This document shows, in pieces, positions 50,567 to 60,953 of a stretch of 64,000 nucleotides of DNA; positions within the stretch are counted from its first letter, which is position 1, and each line of letters opens with the position of its first letter. Below the pieces are notes generated by a model. It ran no database searches and had not been told where the DNA came from. It saw nothing but the letters and a program-made list of their open reading frames with translations. The stretch lies in NCBI RefSeq assembly GCF_963525625.1, contig NZ_CAURLD010000010.1:27696-91695 (forward strand), written 5' to 3'. This stretch comes from an uncultured Streptococcus sp. (GTDB lineage: Bacteria > Bacillota > Bacilli > Lactobacillales > Streptococcaceae). Made by a program: the position numbers and the translations under genes.

Positions 50567-51462
50567 CGGCGGTTCTCTCCTTCTAGGCGTACCTCCTGAG
50601 CCAGAAACTTAATTCGCTCCATAACCCGCTTGGCCTGCCAAGTCTCATCGCCATTCTTAGAGCTGGCAAAGTGACGCTCTAAATCCGCAAAACTAAAGTT
50701 AGAAGTAAAGAAAGTTGGCAGATTTTCCTGCATGCGGTGCTGGAGAATGACCTGCAAAATCTCATCTCGCATCCAAGGACTAGACTGCTCTGCTCCGATA
50801 TCGTCCAAAATCAGCACTTGAGCTGTCTTAACCTGGTCAATCTTCTCCTTGACCAAGCCGGAACTAATCGCATTCTTCACATCCAAAACAAAGCTTGGAT
50901 AATGGAGCAGAGTCGTTGAAACACTGCGTTTTTCTGACAAATCATGAGCCAGAGCAGCCATCATGTAGCTCTTCCCGACTCCAAAATCACCGTAGAGATA
51001 AACAGCCTTCTGATAATGCGGAAACTCCGCGACAAAGTTGGTCAATAGTTCAAAAGCCTTGTAGCGACCAACATCATCCAGATCCACCTGAGCTAGACTG
51101 GCCTCCTTGAGACTGGCTGGTAGACTGATAAGATTGAGACGGTTTCTAATGGCCTCCTGTCTCTCCTGCTCAATCAACTCAGGCGTCTCTTCATAGGCAA
51201 CATCCGCATAGCCTTCATTTTTCACCAAGATTGGCTTATAGCCCTTGGCAATATAGGTCTCGTCCCCCAGCAAAAAGCGGTTGCGCTCCGTAATATACTG
51301 GTTAAACTTGGAGACACTACGCTGAATCTCAGCTTGGGTCAGCTTTTCCTGCTGGATAAAGGCTGCCACATCTGGGTCGGCCATAATCTGCTTGACCAGC
51401 TCCTGATAGTCAAACTGCCGCACCCTATTCATATGAGGCATATTCTGTCCTATTTTCTCCAT
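50563..51462 (-). CDS. dnaI: Primosomal helicase loader DnaI
   Basis: GDFGVGKSY Walker A, LILDDIGAE Walker B, and position after dnaB. Confidence 0.9.
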   Translation of the reverse strand: MEKIGQNMPHMNRVRQFDYQELVKQIMADPDVAAFIQQEKLTQAEIQRSVSKFNQYITERNRFLLGDETYIAKGYKPILVKNEGYADVAYEETPELIEQERQEAIRNRLNLISLPASLKEASLAQVDLDDVGRYKAFELLTNFVAEFPHYQKAVYLYGDFGVGKSYMMAALAHDLSEKRSVSTTLLHYPSFVLDVKNAISSGLVKEKIDQVKTAQVLILDDIGAEQSSPWMRDEILQVILQHRMQENLPTFFTSNFSFADLERHFASSKNGDETWQAKRVMERIKFLAQEVRLEGENRR

Positions 51463-52617
51463 TTATTCGCCTCCTCCTTCAAGTTTGGCTAAGAGCCGAC
51501 GTTTCTGTTCTTCTAGCTCGGCCTGCTTCTCTGCACTCGTTTCATTTTTATAATCCGGCTGACTCCAGTCAGGTACGTTGCTCTTGGTAGAGCCTTGTCC
51601 AGATTTAGCTGGACGGTTCTGGAGCTGCTGGTTGCGCTCACGGATTTTCAGGACCGCTTCCTCAGCTGTCGTCACCTTTTGATAAGAAAAATCATTGGCT
51701 ACCTTGAGGGCATACTTTTCATTGAGATTGGCTGAATCCACCTTATTAAAGGTCAAGAGCAAGATTACGTTGATAACCTCGTCCAAAAGGCCTAATTCAG
51801 CTAAATCCAGCAAAAGCTTTCTCTCCGTCCGCGTAATAGTAGCCTGACGAGTTCTTTTGATTTCTGCCAGAAAGACCATTGGCGATGTTCGTTTCGCTTC
51901 TTGGATAATAGACTGCTCCTGCTTAGAAAACTGACCTTCTGCTGGCTTCTGAGCTAGCTTTTGCTTCATCCGTTTGGTAGAAATGACCTGAGAAACAGCA
52001 GTTTCTCTAGCCAAGACATAGGTCTCATACCAAGTCCACTTCTTCTGCTCAGCAATTGCAAACAATTCTAACAAATCTTCCTTTTCATTGGCAAAGCGAA
52101 GATTGTCCTGAGCCATCCGTTGCTTGAAATACTCCAAGTCAAAATCATTGGCCTTTCGCACTGCTCTTGTCTGCTCAGCTTCCATACCAAACACCTGCAT
52201 AAAAGGCTTAACCAATTTCTCTCCACTAGGATTTTCTGGCCGCAGGGCATCTGCAGCAGCTTCGCCGATTTTCTTTTCCAAGAGCCGGCTGTACACATTA
52301 TGGCTGAAAAATTCCTCCGCCGTTAAGGTCGGGTGGAGTTGAATCAGATAATGGTCATCTGTTTGATACAGGTCCACTAGCTTAATCGCCGCTAAACGCT
52401 CAAAACTTTCTTCTAAAATATTAAGTCCAAAATCTAAATGATTGAGAATCTGACTGAAGAGGTGCTGCTTTTGCCCATTATCCCCAAAAGACAGCAGATA
52501 AAGATAAAGTGATACCGCTTCTCTCCCCAAAATCGGCAGATAGAGCTTGGTCAAGATAGCAATATCTGGGCTGACTGCATTATTGCGCAAGAAAGAAAAC
52601 TGATGGTTTGGTTTCAT
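51463..52617 (-). CDS. dnaB: Replication initiation/membrane attachment protein DnaB (DnaD-domain family)
   Basis: Conserved nrdR-dnaB-dnaI synteny of Firmicutes; 384 aa. Confidence 0.8.
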   Translation of the reverse strand: MKPNHQFSFLRNNAVSPDIAILTKLYLPILGREAVSLYLYLLSFGDNGQKQHLFSQILNHLDFGLNILEESFERLAAIKLVDLYQTDDHYLIQLHPTLTAEEFFSHNVYSRLLEKKIGEAAADALRPENPSGEKLVKPFMQVFGMEAEQTRAVRKANDFDLEYFKQRMAQDNLRFANEKEDLLELFAIAEQKKWTWYETYVLARETAVSQVISTKRMKQKLAQKPAEGQFSKQEQSIIQEAKRTSPMVFLAEIKRTRQATITRTERKLLLDLAELGLLDEVINVILLLTFNKVDSANLNEKYALKVANDFSYQKVTTAEEAVLKIRERNQQLQNRPAKSGQGSTKSNVPDWSQPDYKNETSAEKQAELEEQKRRLLAKLEGGGE

Positions 52618-53091
52618 TTATTTGTCCTTTTTCTTCTTGGACCCCTTGGTAATCTGCTTGAGCAGGCTTTCTAGCTCTCCCACATCCTTGAAACTCCGGT
52701 AAACACTGGCGAAACGAACGTAGGTGATTTCATCCAGCTCTGCTAGTTCATCCATGACTAAGGATCCAATATACTCACTATTGATTTCATTGTCGCTCTG
52801 ACTGCGGACCTTTTGCTCGATTCGGTTGACAATCTCCTCTATTTCGTCACTAGATACTGGTCGCTTTTGAGCCGAGCGAATAATACCGTTAAAAATCTTA
52901 TCTCGAGAAAATTGCTCACGTGTCCCGTCCTTTTTGACAACCACTAGGGTTCTCTCTTCGACGCGCTCGTAGGTCGTGAAGCGGTGCTGACATTCCTCAC
53001 ACTCACGGCGGCGGCGGATTGTATTTCCATCTTCTGCCTGTCTGCTATCAACTACACTTGATTTATTCCCACCACATTTCGGACAACGCAT
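52618..53091 (-). CDS. nrdR: Transcriptional repressor NrdR
   Basis: MRCPKCG...CxxC zinc ribbon plus an ATP-cone. Confidence 0.95.
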   Translation of the reverse strand: MRCPKCGGNKSSVVDSRQAEDGNTIRRRRECEECQHRFTTYERVEERTLVVVKKDGTREQFSRDKIFNGIIRSAQKRPVSSDEIEEIVNRIEQKVRSQSDNEINSEYIGSLVMDELAELDEITYVRFASVYRSFKDVGELESLLKQITKGSKKKKDK

Positions 53092-53303
53092 ACCATTTCC
53101 TCCTAGAATCCTAATACTTCATTATAACACGTTTTCAAGAATAACAAAAGACAGCCGTTTGGGGTAATAACAGTTGAGAAAATCTTTTTTGTTTATTTTT
53201 TTGATAAAAATTAGACAATAAATGCCAATCTGTTATTTTTTTCTATATAAATTTTTATACAATAGATTTGAAAACGTTATCATTTTACTTAAAGGAGATT
53301 ATT

Positions 53304-53798
53304 ATGATATTAACAAATAAGAAAATAATCGCTTACTCTTGCATCTTGCTAGCTTGCGCATCTCTTGCCGCTTGCTCTTCAGACACAAATAATACAGAGG
53401 TTCTTCCTAGTCTCTCGTCATCCTCTTTAAATATTAGCTCATCAAGTAGTAGTTCATCTACACAAAATGATTCAGAAAAAAAAGTTAAAGCAGAAAAAGC
53501 TAAAACTGAACAAGAAGAAAAAGAAGCTGCTGCAAAAGCTGAACAGGAAAGAATAGCGCAAGAGGAAGCTCAAAAGGCTGCGGAAGTTCAAAGACAACAA
53601 GAAGAATCTGCCGCTGAGGCTCAAAAGCAACAAGAGGAAGCAGACGCTCAAGTAGCTCAAGAACAGCCTCAAGCTAATGTTTATTACAAAAATTGCTCCG
53701 AAGCAAGAGCAGCTGGTGCTGCACCCGTTTACCAAGGACAACCTGGATATGGTCGTCACCTTGATAGAGATGGTGATGGTATCGGATGTGAGAAATAA
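53304..53798 (+). CDS. Lipoprotein with a Ser-rich and E/Q/A-rich linker and a C-terminal Excalibur calcium-binding domain
   Basis: I take the start at MILTNKK (AAAGGAG RBS). It has a LAAC lipobox and C-terminal YKNCSEARAAGAAPV...DRDGDGIGCE. Confidence 0.8.
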   Translation: MILTNKKIIAYSCILLACASLAACSSDTNNTEVLPSLSSSSLNISSSSSSSSTQNDSEKKVKAEKAKTEQEEKEAAAKAEQERIAQEEAQKAAEVQRQQEESAAEAQKQQEEADAQVAQEQPQANVYYKNCSEARAAGAAPVYQGQPGYGRHLDRDGDGIGCEK

Positions 53799-53800
53799 TT

Positions 53801-53827
53801 AAAAGCAGTTCAAATTGAACTGCTTTT
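53801..53827. terminator. Bidirectional terminator between the Excalibur lipoprotein gene and mapP
   Basis: aaaagcagttcaa-a-ttgaactgctttt. Confidence 0.85.
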
Positions 53828-53834
53828 AATTATA

Positions 53835-54650
53835 CTAACATGTCACTTGCACTTCTAAACCAAAGTGGTCACTGACAACAGGTATTTCTTTCCCGTCAAA
53901 AACGACAGCGGAGCGCTCAACGTCCATCCCTTGACTAGTGAAAACATAATCAATCTTCAGAGCATGCTTATTGTCGTCCCAGCCTGCAATAGTCCCTTCT
54001 ACTGTCGCCTCTCCGATAGCTTCTTTTGCAGCAGTATGACTATCTTGCAGCTTCAGGGGACTGGCTAAGATGGTCTGGTAGCCTTGCTGACCGACCGGGT
54101 TGTTGAAATCACCCATGAGGACCAGAGGAGTTTCTGCTTTTAGCAGCTCTGCTTCAAGCTTAGCCCATTCCCCTTGGAAACCTTTGTCCCACCAAGACAG
54201 ATGGCAGGAGGCAATTGTCAACAATTGACCATCTACCTCAGTCTCAGCTAGCAAGACCTTGCGGGTATGGTAATCCCTAGGATCATTAGCCTCTGATACC
54301 AGGACTTCTCTAGGAGCCATAGGATTTCTAGATAGGATTGCCACTCCTTCGTTGTAAATATCAAATCCAATATGATTATAAGCCCAGGACCAATGATAGT
54401 CCAGTCCTGCCTCAGCCAACTTTTCTACCAGACATAGAGCAAAATGGTCTTGATGGATCGCAATCGCTCCTTCAACCGCCTGATAGAAAGGAGCCTGAAC
54501 AACCTGTTCAGACTCCGTTAATTGATTGACTTCCTGCAGGCAAATGACATCATATTTTTCTTGAAGAATGCGTTCTGCAAGCTCATTAAGCTTGGTTTCT
54601 TGCTCTTCTTCCATCCAACTATGAGTATTTAATGTCAGGAATTTTGCCAT
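53835..54650 (-). CDS. mapP: Endonuclease/exonuclease/phosphatase-family protein; maltose-6'-phosphate phosphatase MapP by synteny
   Basis: EEP motifs (LQEVN, GDFN, SDH). It lies immediately downstream of the maltose/glucose PTS gene, as in Enterococcus faecalis. Confidence 0.7.
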   Translation of the reverse strand: MAKFLTLNTHSWMEEEQETKLNELAERILQEKYDVICLQEVNQLTESEQVVQAPFYQAVEGAIAIHQDHFALCLVEKLAEAGLDYHWSWAYNHIGFDIYNEGVAILSRNPMAPREVLVSEANDPRDYHTRKVLLAETEVDGQLLTIASCHLSWWDKGFQGEWAKLEAELLKAETPLVLMGDFNNPVGQQGYQTILASPLKLQDSHTAAKEAIGEATVEGTIAGWDDNKHALKIDYVFTSQGMDVERSAVVFDGKEIPVVSDHFGLEVQVTC

Positions 54651-54667
54651 GATTTCTCTTTTCTATT

Positions 54668-56860
54668 TTACAATTCAACCTTAGCAACAACTGTCTTAGC
54701 AGATGCTTGACCAAGTTTTTCTACTGTTACAGACTTGATAGCTGCTGCATTTGTGAAGACTACGATTGTTGAAGTTTCACGTCCTGCTTCCTTGATTGCT
54801 TCCAAGTCAGCCGTGACTAGAAGATCTCCAGCTGCAACTTTTTGACCTTCTGAAACATGAACTTCGAATGGTTTACCTTCAAGGCTAACAGTTTCCAAAC
54901 CAATATGTACCAAAACTTCTAAGCCGTTATCTGTTACAAGACCGATAGCATGCTTGCTAGGGAAGACGCTAGTTACTGTACCGGCAACTGGTGAATAAAT
55001 CTTACCGTTTTCAGGCTCAACTGCAAATCCGTCGCCCATCATTTTTTGTGAGAAGACTGGATCTTTAACGTTTGCCAAGTCAATGACTTGACCGTCCGCA
55101 ACAGTTTCAACTTCCTCAGTCACACCTTTATAAGTAACTTCAGCAGCTGCTGATTCTGCTTTTTGGCTAGGAAGTGTTTCAGGAATCACTTCACCAGAAT
55201 CCAACAAGTCTTGAATATCAGATTTGAGAACGTCAGCTTTTGGTCCGTAGATAGCTTGAACGCCTTGACCTTTCATAACCAAGCCCATAGCGCCTTCAGC
55301 TTTCCACTGTTCTTCTGTTCCAACTTTTTCAGCATCTTTGACAGTCACACGCAGACGAGTCATACATGCATCTACATCTACGATATTAGCGCGACCGCCC
55401 AGAAGGTTGATAACATTTACTGCTTGAGATGCTTCAGCAACTTTACCACCAGTTGACTCTGATGAAGAAGCTTCATCTGAACCATCTGCTGTTTCATAGT
55501 TACCGTTACGTCCTGGAGTTGCATAGTTGAACTTCTTGATCATGAAGTTAGAAATGAGGTACATCACAACACCAAAGAGGATAGTTACCCAGATGAAGTT
55601 GATGATATCCATTCCCAAGCCAGCATTGATGGCCATAGGAGTACGGGTCAAGAATTCGATAGAACCGAATGAGTGCACACGAAGGTTAACGATGTCAGCC
55701 ATTGCAAACGCAGCACCTTGTACAAATGCATAAATGATATACAGTGGTGTTGCAACGAACATGAACATGTACTCGATTGGTTCAGTAACCCCTGTCAAGA
55801 AGGTTGCCAAAGCAGTCGCAATCATCATACCTTTGTATTTGTGCTTCTTGTCAGTATCCACGTTGTGATAGATAGCTGCCGCTACCCCCATAAGGATACC
55901 GAATGAACCAATCATCTGACCAACTTTAAAGCGAGCTGGATGAACTGTATCAAGCAAGTGTTGGTAAGTAGAAGGATCAGCTGATTTCGTACCAACCAAG
56001 TCAGTTACCCAAGCCAACCACAGTGGATCTTGACCAGCTACAGTTGTTCCCGCACCAGAACCAGTAATAACGTGATAAACACCACCTAGTTCTGTGTAGT
56101 TCATTGGGATGGTCAACATGTGGTGCAAACCAAATGGAAGCAAGAGACGTTCCAAAGTACCATAGATGAATGGTGCCAAAACTGGTGCAGTATCTTGTGA
56201 GTTAGCAATCCAAATACCAAAGCTGTTGATACCTGATTGAACAACTGGCCATACGAATGACAAAACAATTGCTACGATTACTGAGCGCAAGATAACAACG
56301 AAAGGTACAAAACGCTTACCATTGAAGAATGACAAGGCATCTGGCAATTTACGGAAATTATAGTATTTGTTATAAGCTGTCGCTCCGACAAAACCAGCGA
56401 TAATTCCGACAAAGACACCCATGTTCAGAGCTGGTGACTCTAGAACGCTGATGAAATAATCAGAAACCTTAATAGATGCGCCAAACATTGTTTTAACTAC
56501 AGCTGCCTTATCTGAGAGCATATCGCTGGTAACGCCAAACATAACACCAGTAATACGGTTAATCAGGATAAAGGACAGACCTGCTGCGAAGGCACCGCCT
56601 GCGCGTTCTTTTGCCCAGCTTCCACCAATAGCCAAAGCAAAGAGGATATGCAGGTTACCGATAACCCCCCAACCAATCTGCTCTAAAACACCACCGGTAG
56701 TGACTAAAACACCTAGATTTGGATTAATCATCGGGATAGACTTACCGATACTAATCATCAGTCCTGCTGCCGGCATAACAGCAACGACCACCATCAAAGC
56801 TTTACCGAATTTTTGCCAAAATTCAAAGCTAAAAATGTTCTTGAATGAATCTTTCATCAT
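54668..56860 (-). CDS. malT: PTS EIICBA component, glucose/maltose family
   Basis: 730 aa: EIIC membrane domain, EIIB (CMTRLRV) and EIIA (VLVHIGLETV). Confidence 0.85.
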   Translation of the reverse strand: MMKDSFKNIFSFEFWQKFGKALMVVVAVMPAAGLMISIGKSIPMINPNLGVLVTTGGVLEQIGWGVIGNLHILFALAIGGSWAKERAGGAFAAGLSFILINRITGVMFGVTSDMLSDKAAVVKTMFGASIKVSDYFISVLESPALNMGVFVGIIAGFVGATAYNKYYNFRKLPDALSFFNGKRFVPFVVILRSVIVAIVLSFVWPVVQSGINSFGIWIANSQDTAPVLAPFIYGTLERLLLPFGLHHMLTIPMNYTELGGVYHVITGSGAGTTVAGQDPLWLAWVTDLVGTKSADPSTYQHLLDTVHPARFKVGQMIGSFGILMGVAAAIYHNVDTDKKHKYKGMMIATALATFLTGVTEPIEYMFMFVATPLYIIYAFVQGAAFAMADIVNLRVHSFGSIEFLTRTPMAINAGLGMDIINFIWVTILFGVVMYLISNFMIKKFNYATPGRNGNYETADGSDEASSSESTGGKVAEASQAVNVINLLGGRANIVDVDACMTRLRVTVKDAEKVGTEEQWKAEGAMGLVMKGQGVQAIYGPKADVLKSDIQDLLDSGEVIPETLPSQKAESAAAEVTYKGVTEEVETVADGQVIDLANVKDPVFSQKMMGDGFAVEPENGKIYSPVAGTVTSVFPSKHAIGLVTDNGLEVLVHIGLETVSLEGKPFEVHVSEGQKVAAGDLLVTADLEAIKEAGRETSTIVVFTNAAAIKSVTVEKLGQASAKTVVAKVEL

Positions 56861-57104
56861 TCAGACCTCCTTATATTTTTTACAAACCACTCCTTTTTGT
56901 GAAATCGTTTGCATGTCGATACATCTATTATAGCACGATTTTTTATTTTGTAAAGGCTTTTATAAAAAATTTTTCTCTTTTTTTGCACCTAAAATACTGT
57001 GTTTTCTCTTCAAGAGTTATATTTTTGATATATTTCAACGAAAACGATTGCATAAAATAGTTAGAAAAATCCCATTAGTTCTCCTATCTATACTATAACA
57101 AGCG

Positions 57105-57139
57105 CAAAAAACTCCGTCTCCTAAGGAGAACAGAGTTTT
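57105..57139 (-). terminator. Rho-independent terminator after ritR
   Basis: On the minus strand: aaaactctgttctcc-tta-ggagacggagtttt followed by ttgcgc. Confidence 0.75.
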
Positions 57140-57146
57140 GATTTTT

Positions 57147-57836
57147 TTATTCTTGCATGGCATAACCAACACCGCGAACGGTTTTGATATAGCTTGGCTG
57201 CCCTTCCACATCAATTTTACTGCGCAGATAACGAATATAAACATCTACAACGTTGGTCTCCGTTGCACTCTCGTACTTCCAGACACGCTCCAGCAGCTGC
57301 TCACGGCTCATGACCTTATTGCTGCCCATCAGGGTCACCAGCAGATCGTATTCCCGCCGCGTCAGTGCAATAACTTCCTCGCCACGGTAAACCGTGTGAT
57401 TTTTAATATCTACTCGCAGATTGCGGTAAGAGGTCGGAATTTTCAAGAGGCTGCAGTGCTGGTCAATAAAGTCGCGCCCGCGGAAAATGATGGAGACACG
57501 CTCCACTAAGTCACTGATAATGAAAGGCTTGACCACATAGGAAACGGCAAAATGCTGGATTGCTTCCTGCTGCTCTGCAATCTCTTCGCGACTAGCCAGA
57601 ACGATAATGACGGACGCTGGCTTAATCAAGCTCAGCTGCTGAGCAAAATCGCTGGCAGTCATATCTTGAAGATCATAGTTGAGCAAGAGCAAGTCATAAT
57701 CCACATCTTTGGCCAAAGTCAGTCCCTCTTGGCCAGTCTCAGCTAAATCTACAAGAAAGCTTTCCTTTTGCAGTTCCAAGCTCACAAATCGGGCAAGATT
57801 TTTTTCATTTTCTACTAGTAAAATTCGCTTTGCCAT
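57147..57836 (-). CDS. ritR: Orphan OmpR-family response regulator with Asn at the phospho-acceptor position (RitR-like)
   Basis: LLLLNYDL stands where DxxMP is expected. It has a linker Cys (DQHCS) and lies downstream of gnd, as in Streptococcus pneumoniae. Confidence 0.75.
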   Translation of the reverse strand: MAKRILLVENEKNLARFVSLELQKESFLVDLAETGQEGLTLAKDVDYDLLLLNYDLQDMTASDFAQQLSLIKPASVIIVLASREEIAEQQEAIQHFAVSYVVKPFIISDLVERVSIIFRGRDFIDQHCSLLKIPTSYRNLRVDIKNHTVYRGEEVIALTRREYDLLVTLMGSNKVMSREQLLERVWKYESATETNVVDVYIRYLRSKIDVEGQPSYIKTVRGVGYAMQE

Positions 57837-57845
57837 AGGCCTATC

Positions 57846-59270
57846 CTATTTTTCGTCGTACCAAGAATAGTGGTAGGTACCTTCTTTGTCTTTACGGTTG
57901 TATGTATGAGCACCAAAGTAATCACGCTGTGCCTGAATCAGATTAGCTGGCAGATTTTCCGCGCGGTAGCTATCAAAGTAAGCAATGGCACTGGAGAATG
58001 TTGGCACTGGTACTCCCGCTTGCACAGCCAAGCTGACAACATCACGTACTGCCTGCTGATACTTAGCCGTAATATCAATAAAGTATTCATCTAAGAGCAG
58101 GTTTGCAAGATCAGCATCACGGCCGTACGCGTCTGTAATTTTCTGAAGGAAGCGGGCACGGATGATACAGCCAGCACGCCAGATAGAAGCAATCTCACCG
58201 AATGGCAGGTTCCAGTTGTTTTCCTTAGAAGCTACACGCAGCTGCGCAAAACCTTGAGCATATGACATGATTTTTGAGAAGTAAAGAGCCTGGCGGATCT
58301 TTTCAATCAACTCCGCCTTGTCTCCCTCAAAGGTGAAAGCAGCTGGTTTTGGCAATACCTTGCTGGCAGCCACACGCTCATCTTTGTAGGTAGAAATGTA
58401 ACGCGCAAAGACTGACTCTGTAATCAATGGCAGTGGCACACCTAAATCCAGAGAAGATTGACTGGTCCACTTACCAGTTCCCTTATTGCCAGCCGCATCC
58501 AGAATGTAGTCAACGATTGGACCATCTTGACCTTCATCGTCCTTACGTGTCAAGATATCCGCTGTAATCTCAATCAGATAGCTGTCTAGCTCGCCTTTGT
58601 TCCACTCTGTGAAGATGTCTGCCATTTCACTAGCTGAAAGCCCCAGCAAGTGCTGCATAAGGTCATAACTCTCAGCGATAAGCTGCATATCTCCATATTC
58701 AATCCCGTTATGGACCATTTTTACATAGTGACCAGCGCCGTCAGGACCGATATAGGTCACACATGGTGCGCCGTCTTCAGGAGCTTTAGCAGAGATTTCT
58801 TCCAAGACATCTGCTACCAGCTCATAAGCTTCTTTTTGACCACCTGGCATGATAGACGGTCCTTCCAATGCGCCCTTTTCACCACCGGAAACACCTGTAC
58901 CGATGAAGTTGATACCAGAGTTAGCCAACTCTTCATTACGGCGAATAGTATCTTTGTAGAAAGTATTCCCGCCGTCAATCAGGATATCGCCCTTATCCAA
59001 GTGAGGAAGCAAGGCCTGAATAGTCGCATCTGTACCAGGACCAGCTTGCACCATCAGCATAATCCGACGTGGCTTTTCGATAGAGTTGACAAAAGACTCC
59101 ACATCATAGCTTGGCACAAAGTTTTTCTCAGGATGAGAGGCAATGACATCCTCTGTCTTGTTTGCTGAGCGGTTATAGATGGCAACTGTATAGCCACGAG
59201 ATTCGATATTTAGGGCAAGGTTACGGCCCATAACAGCCATACCAACAACACCAAAATTTGCTTTAGTCAT
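57846..59270 (-). CDS. gnd: 6-phosphogluconate dehydrogenase (decarboxylating)
   Basis: [15 protein letters not shown] and a canonical full-length sequence. Confidence 0.95.
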   Translation of the reverse strand: MTKANFGVVGMAVMGRNLALNIESRGYTVAIYNRSANKTEDVIASHPEKNFVPSYDVESFVNSIEKPRRIMLMVQAGPGTDATIQALLPHLDKGDILIDGGNTFYKDTIRRNEELANSGINFIGTGVSGGEKGALEGPSIMPGGQKEAYELVADVLEEISAKAPEDGAPCVTYIGPDGAGHYVKMVHNGIEYGDMQLIAESYDLMQHLLGLSASEMADIFTEWNKGELDSYLIEITADILTRKDDEGQDGPIVDYILDAAGNKGTGKWTSQSSLDLGVPLPLITESVFARYISTYKDERVAASKVLPKPAAFTFEGDKAELIEKIRQALYFSKIMSYAQGFAQLRVASKENNWNLPFGEIASIWRAGCIIRARFLQKITDAYGRDADLANLLLDEYFIDITAKYQQAVRDVVSLAVQAGVPVPTFSSAIAYFDSYRAENLPANLIQAQRDYFGAHTYNRKDKEGTYHYSWYDEK

Positions 59271-59362
59271 TATGTTCTCCTATAGTTTGTTTGTCTTATT
59301 TTATCATTTTTAAGGCTTAAAAGAAAGTATTAAGTCGGAGAGGGATGAAAGAGGAGAGGTAT

Positions 59363-59395
59363 AGAAAAACCAAGCTCAGATGAAACTGAACTTGG
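59363..59395 (-). terminator. Strong minus-strand terminator upstream of the gnd promoter
   Basis: Minus-strand RNA: CCAAGUUCAG-UUUCAU-CUGAGCUUGG followed by UUUUUCU. The G-U pair forms only in this orientation. Confidence 0.75.
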
Positions 59396-59966
59396 TTGTG
59401 GGAGTTTATAATAAAGTAGAGACTTTCATAGTAGTCTCCAAATGCCTAGTTGGAAACGCCTTCTTGCTGAACATCGTGAATATCACGACCATCCAGATGA
59501 GTGTATAGGTGATTTAACTTATAAGACTGACGTGCATACTAATTGACTACTGGCATACACCACTCTGAACTCGTTGGTCTGTTCAAATTTCAACTTAATT
59601 CCCCCCAACAATTGAGAATAAAGCTGGAATTTTTTACTTTTCAGGTTGGTTCGAACTTACAGAATTTGTCATGTGGTAAGCTGCTTTCTAAAATGTTGGC
59701 ATAAAGATTAATATAAAAATGATATCTAAAAAATTTATTCTCTTGATGAAATAACTATACAGTGTTAGGAATAGAACATATGAGAAATTGAAATCTCAGT
59801 AGGAAATAAATAAATGTTAAAAGATAATTTAATTATAAAAAGCAAGAAATACTTGCTGGTAATATAAAACATATTAAATTTCTAATAGGAAAGAGTGATA
59901 TCTCAATCTATTAAACAAATATAGGATGTCTATATGTAAGGAACTATACTAGATAACATTTATTAT

Positions 59967-60953
59967 CTACAGTTTACTTTTCCAGAGCGCAAGATTATTA
60001 AAAATTATTTTTTGATAAATTGAATAAAATGCATCAGATAAAGTTTTACCGTCAACGTAGTTATGGATATGTGTTTCAACATCTAGAAGTTCTTGTTCAT
60101 TATTCGCGTTATGAAAAAACATATAAACAAAACCATACTCGACTATCCTGTTATCTTCTTGTAAATGTTTTGCATATCTATCAAGTTGTTCAATTCCTAG
60201 TAGACATTTATCTTGTAATTTATAGTAACTTTTTCCTTCATAAATAGACCTTAAAAATGAAAATTTCACTTCTATAATTGCTTGTTCTTGACCATCATTT
60301 AAATATATATCCACGGATTCCTCATCTCTTATAATCGATGTGCAGTATTCGATAGAAACTTCACCCTTCATTTTATTTCTTAAAAATTCTAATAAAATAT
60401 TACGTAATTCCTGCTCTTTTATCTCAGCTTTAATTTTACCTCGGGAATTGAAACATTTGTTATAATAGTACTCTTTATATTGACACTCTACATTAAAGGT
60501 TTCAAACACTTCTTTTAACTCTGAAATTGGCTTTAATAAATTTAATTGATCTTGCATTGTTTTAGTCTTTGCTAGGCATGCCTCTACCTCTGTGTTTATC
60601 ACACCATTTTGAGCAATTAGTTTTATCCCTTCATTAACAGCATAGACAATACAATTTTTTTTCCTAGAAATCTCTAAAACCATATTAATAAATTCAGGAT
60701 CAGAAATTTTACGTAAGGCTATTTCTTTAGAAGTAAATTCAGATTCATTTATATCGATACAATGTATCTTAGCAATAGGTAAGAACCGTATTTCTGCCAA
60801 TAACTCATCCAATTGTTCTGTAATACTTAGACTCGATTGTGTACAGATCACGACAACTTTACTATATTCTGCAAAGATATCTAATAATTTACTCTCACTA
60901 GTTACACTTTCAGTTTTTGAAGCTCTTTCTAAAAATTTCTCAGCATCAAGCAT
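59967..60953 (-). CDS. Candidate effector: unknown N-terminal domain plus a C-terminal PD-(D/E)xK-like nuclease motif
   Basis: 328 aa. E182...D215-x12-E228-V-K230 (VDIYLNDGQEQAIIEVKF). There is an 8-nt start/stop overlap with the upstream gene. Confidence 0.45.
   Translation of the reverse strand: MLDAEKFLERASKTESVTSESKLLDIFAEYSKVVVICTQSSLSITEQLDELLAEIRFLPIAKIHCIDINESEFTSKEIALRKISDPEFINMVLEISRKKNCIVYAVNEGIKLIAQNGVINTEVEACLAKTKTMQDQLNLLKPISELKEVFETFNVECQYKEYYYNKCFNSRGKIKAEIKEQELRNILLEFLRNKMKGEVSIEYCTSIIRDEESVDIYLNDGQEQAIIEVKFSFLRSIYEGKSYYKLQDKCLLGIEQLDRYAKHLQEDNRIVEYGFVYMFFHNANNEQELLDVETHIHNYVDGKTLSDAFYSIYQKIIFNNLALWKSKL

Noticed and set aside
53472-53759. A minus-strand 95-aa ORF rich in F/L/S opposite the Excalibur lipoprotein gene.
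   Set aside because: It is the antisense frame of a low-complexity E/Q/A/K-rich coding repeat and has no start context.
56845-57244. Small ORFs (56845-57060 plus, 57035-57244 minus) in the AT-rich malT upstream region.
   Set aside because: They have no SD, their composition is low-complexity and AT-driven, and they overlap the malT promoter region and the ritR terminator.
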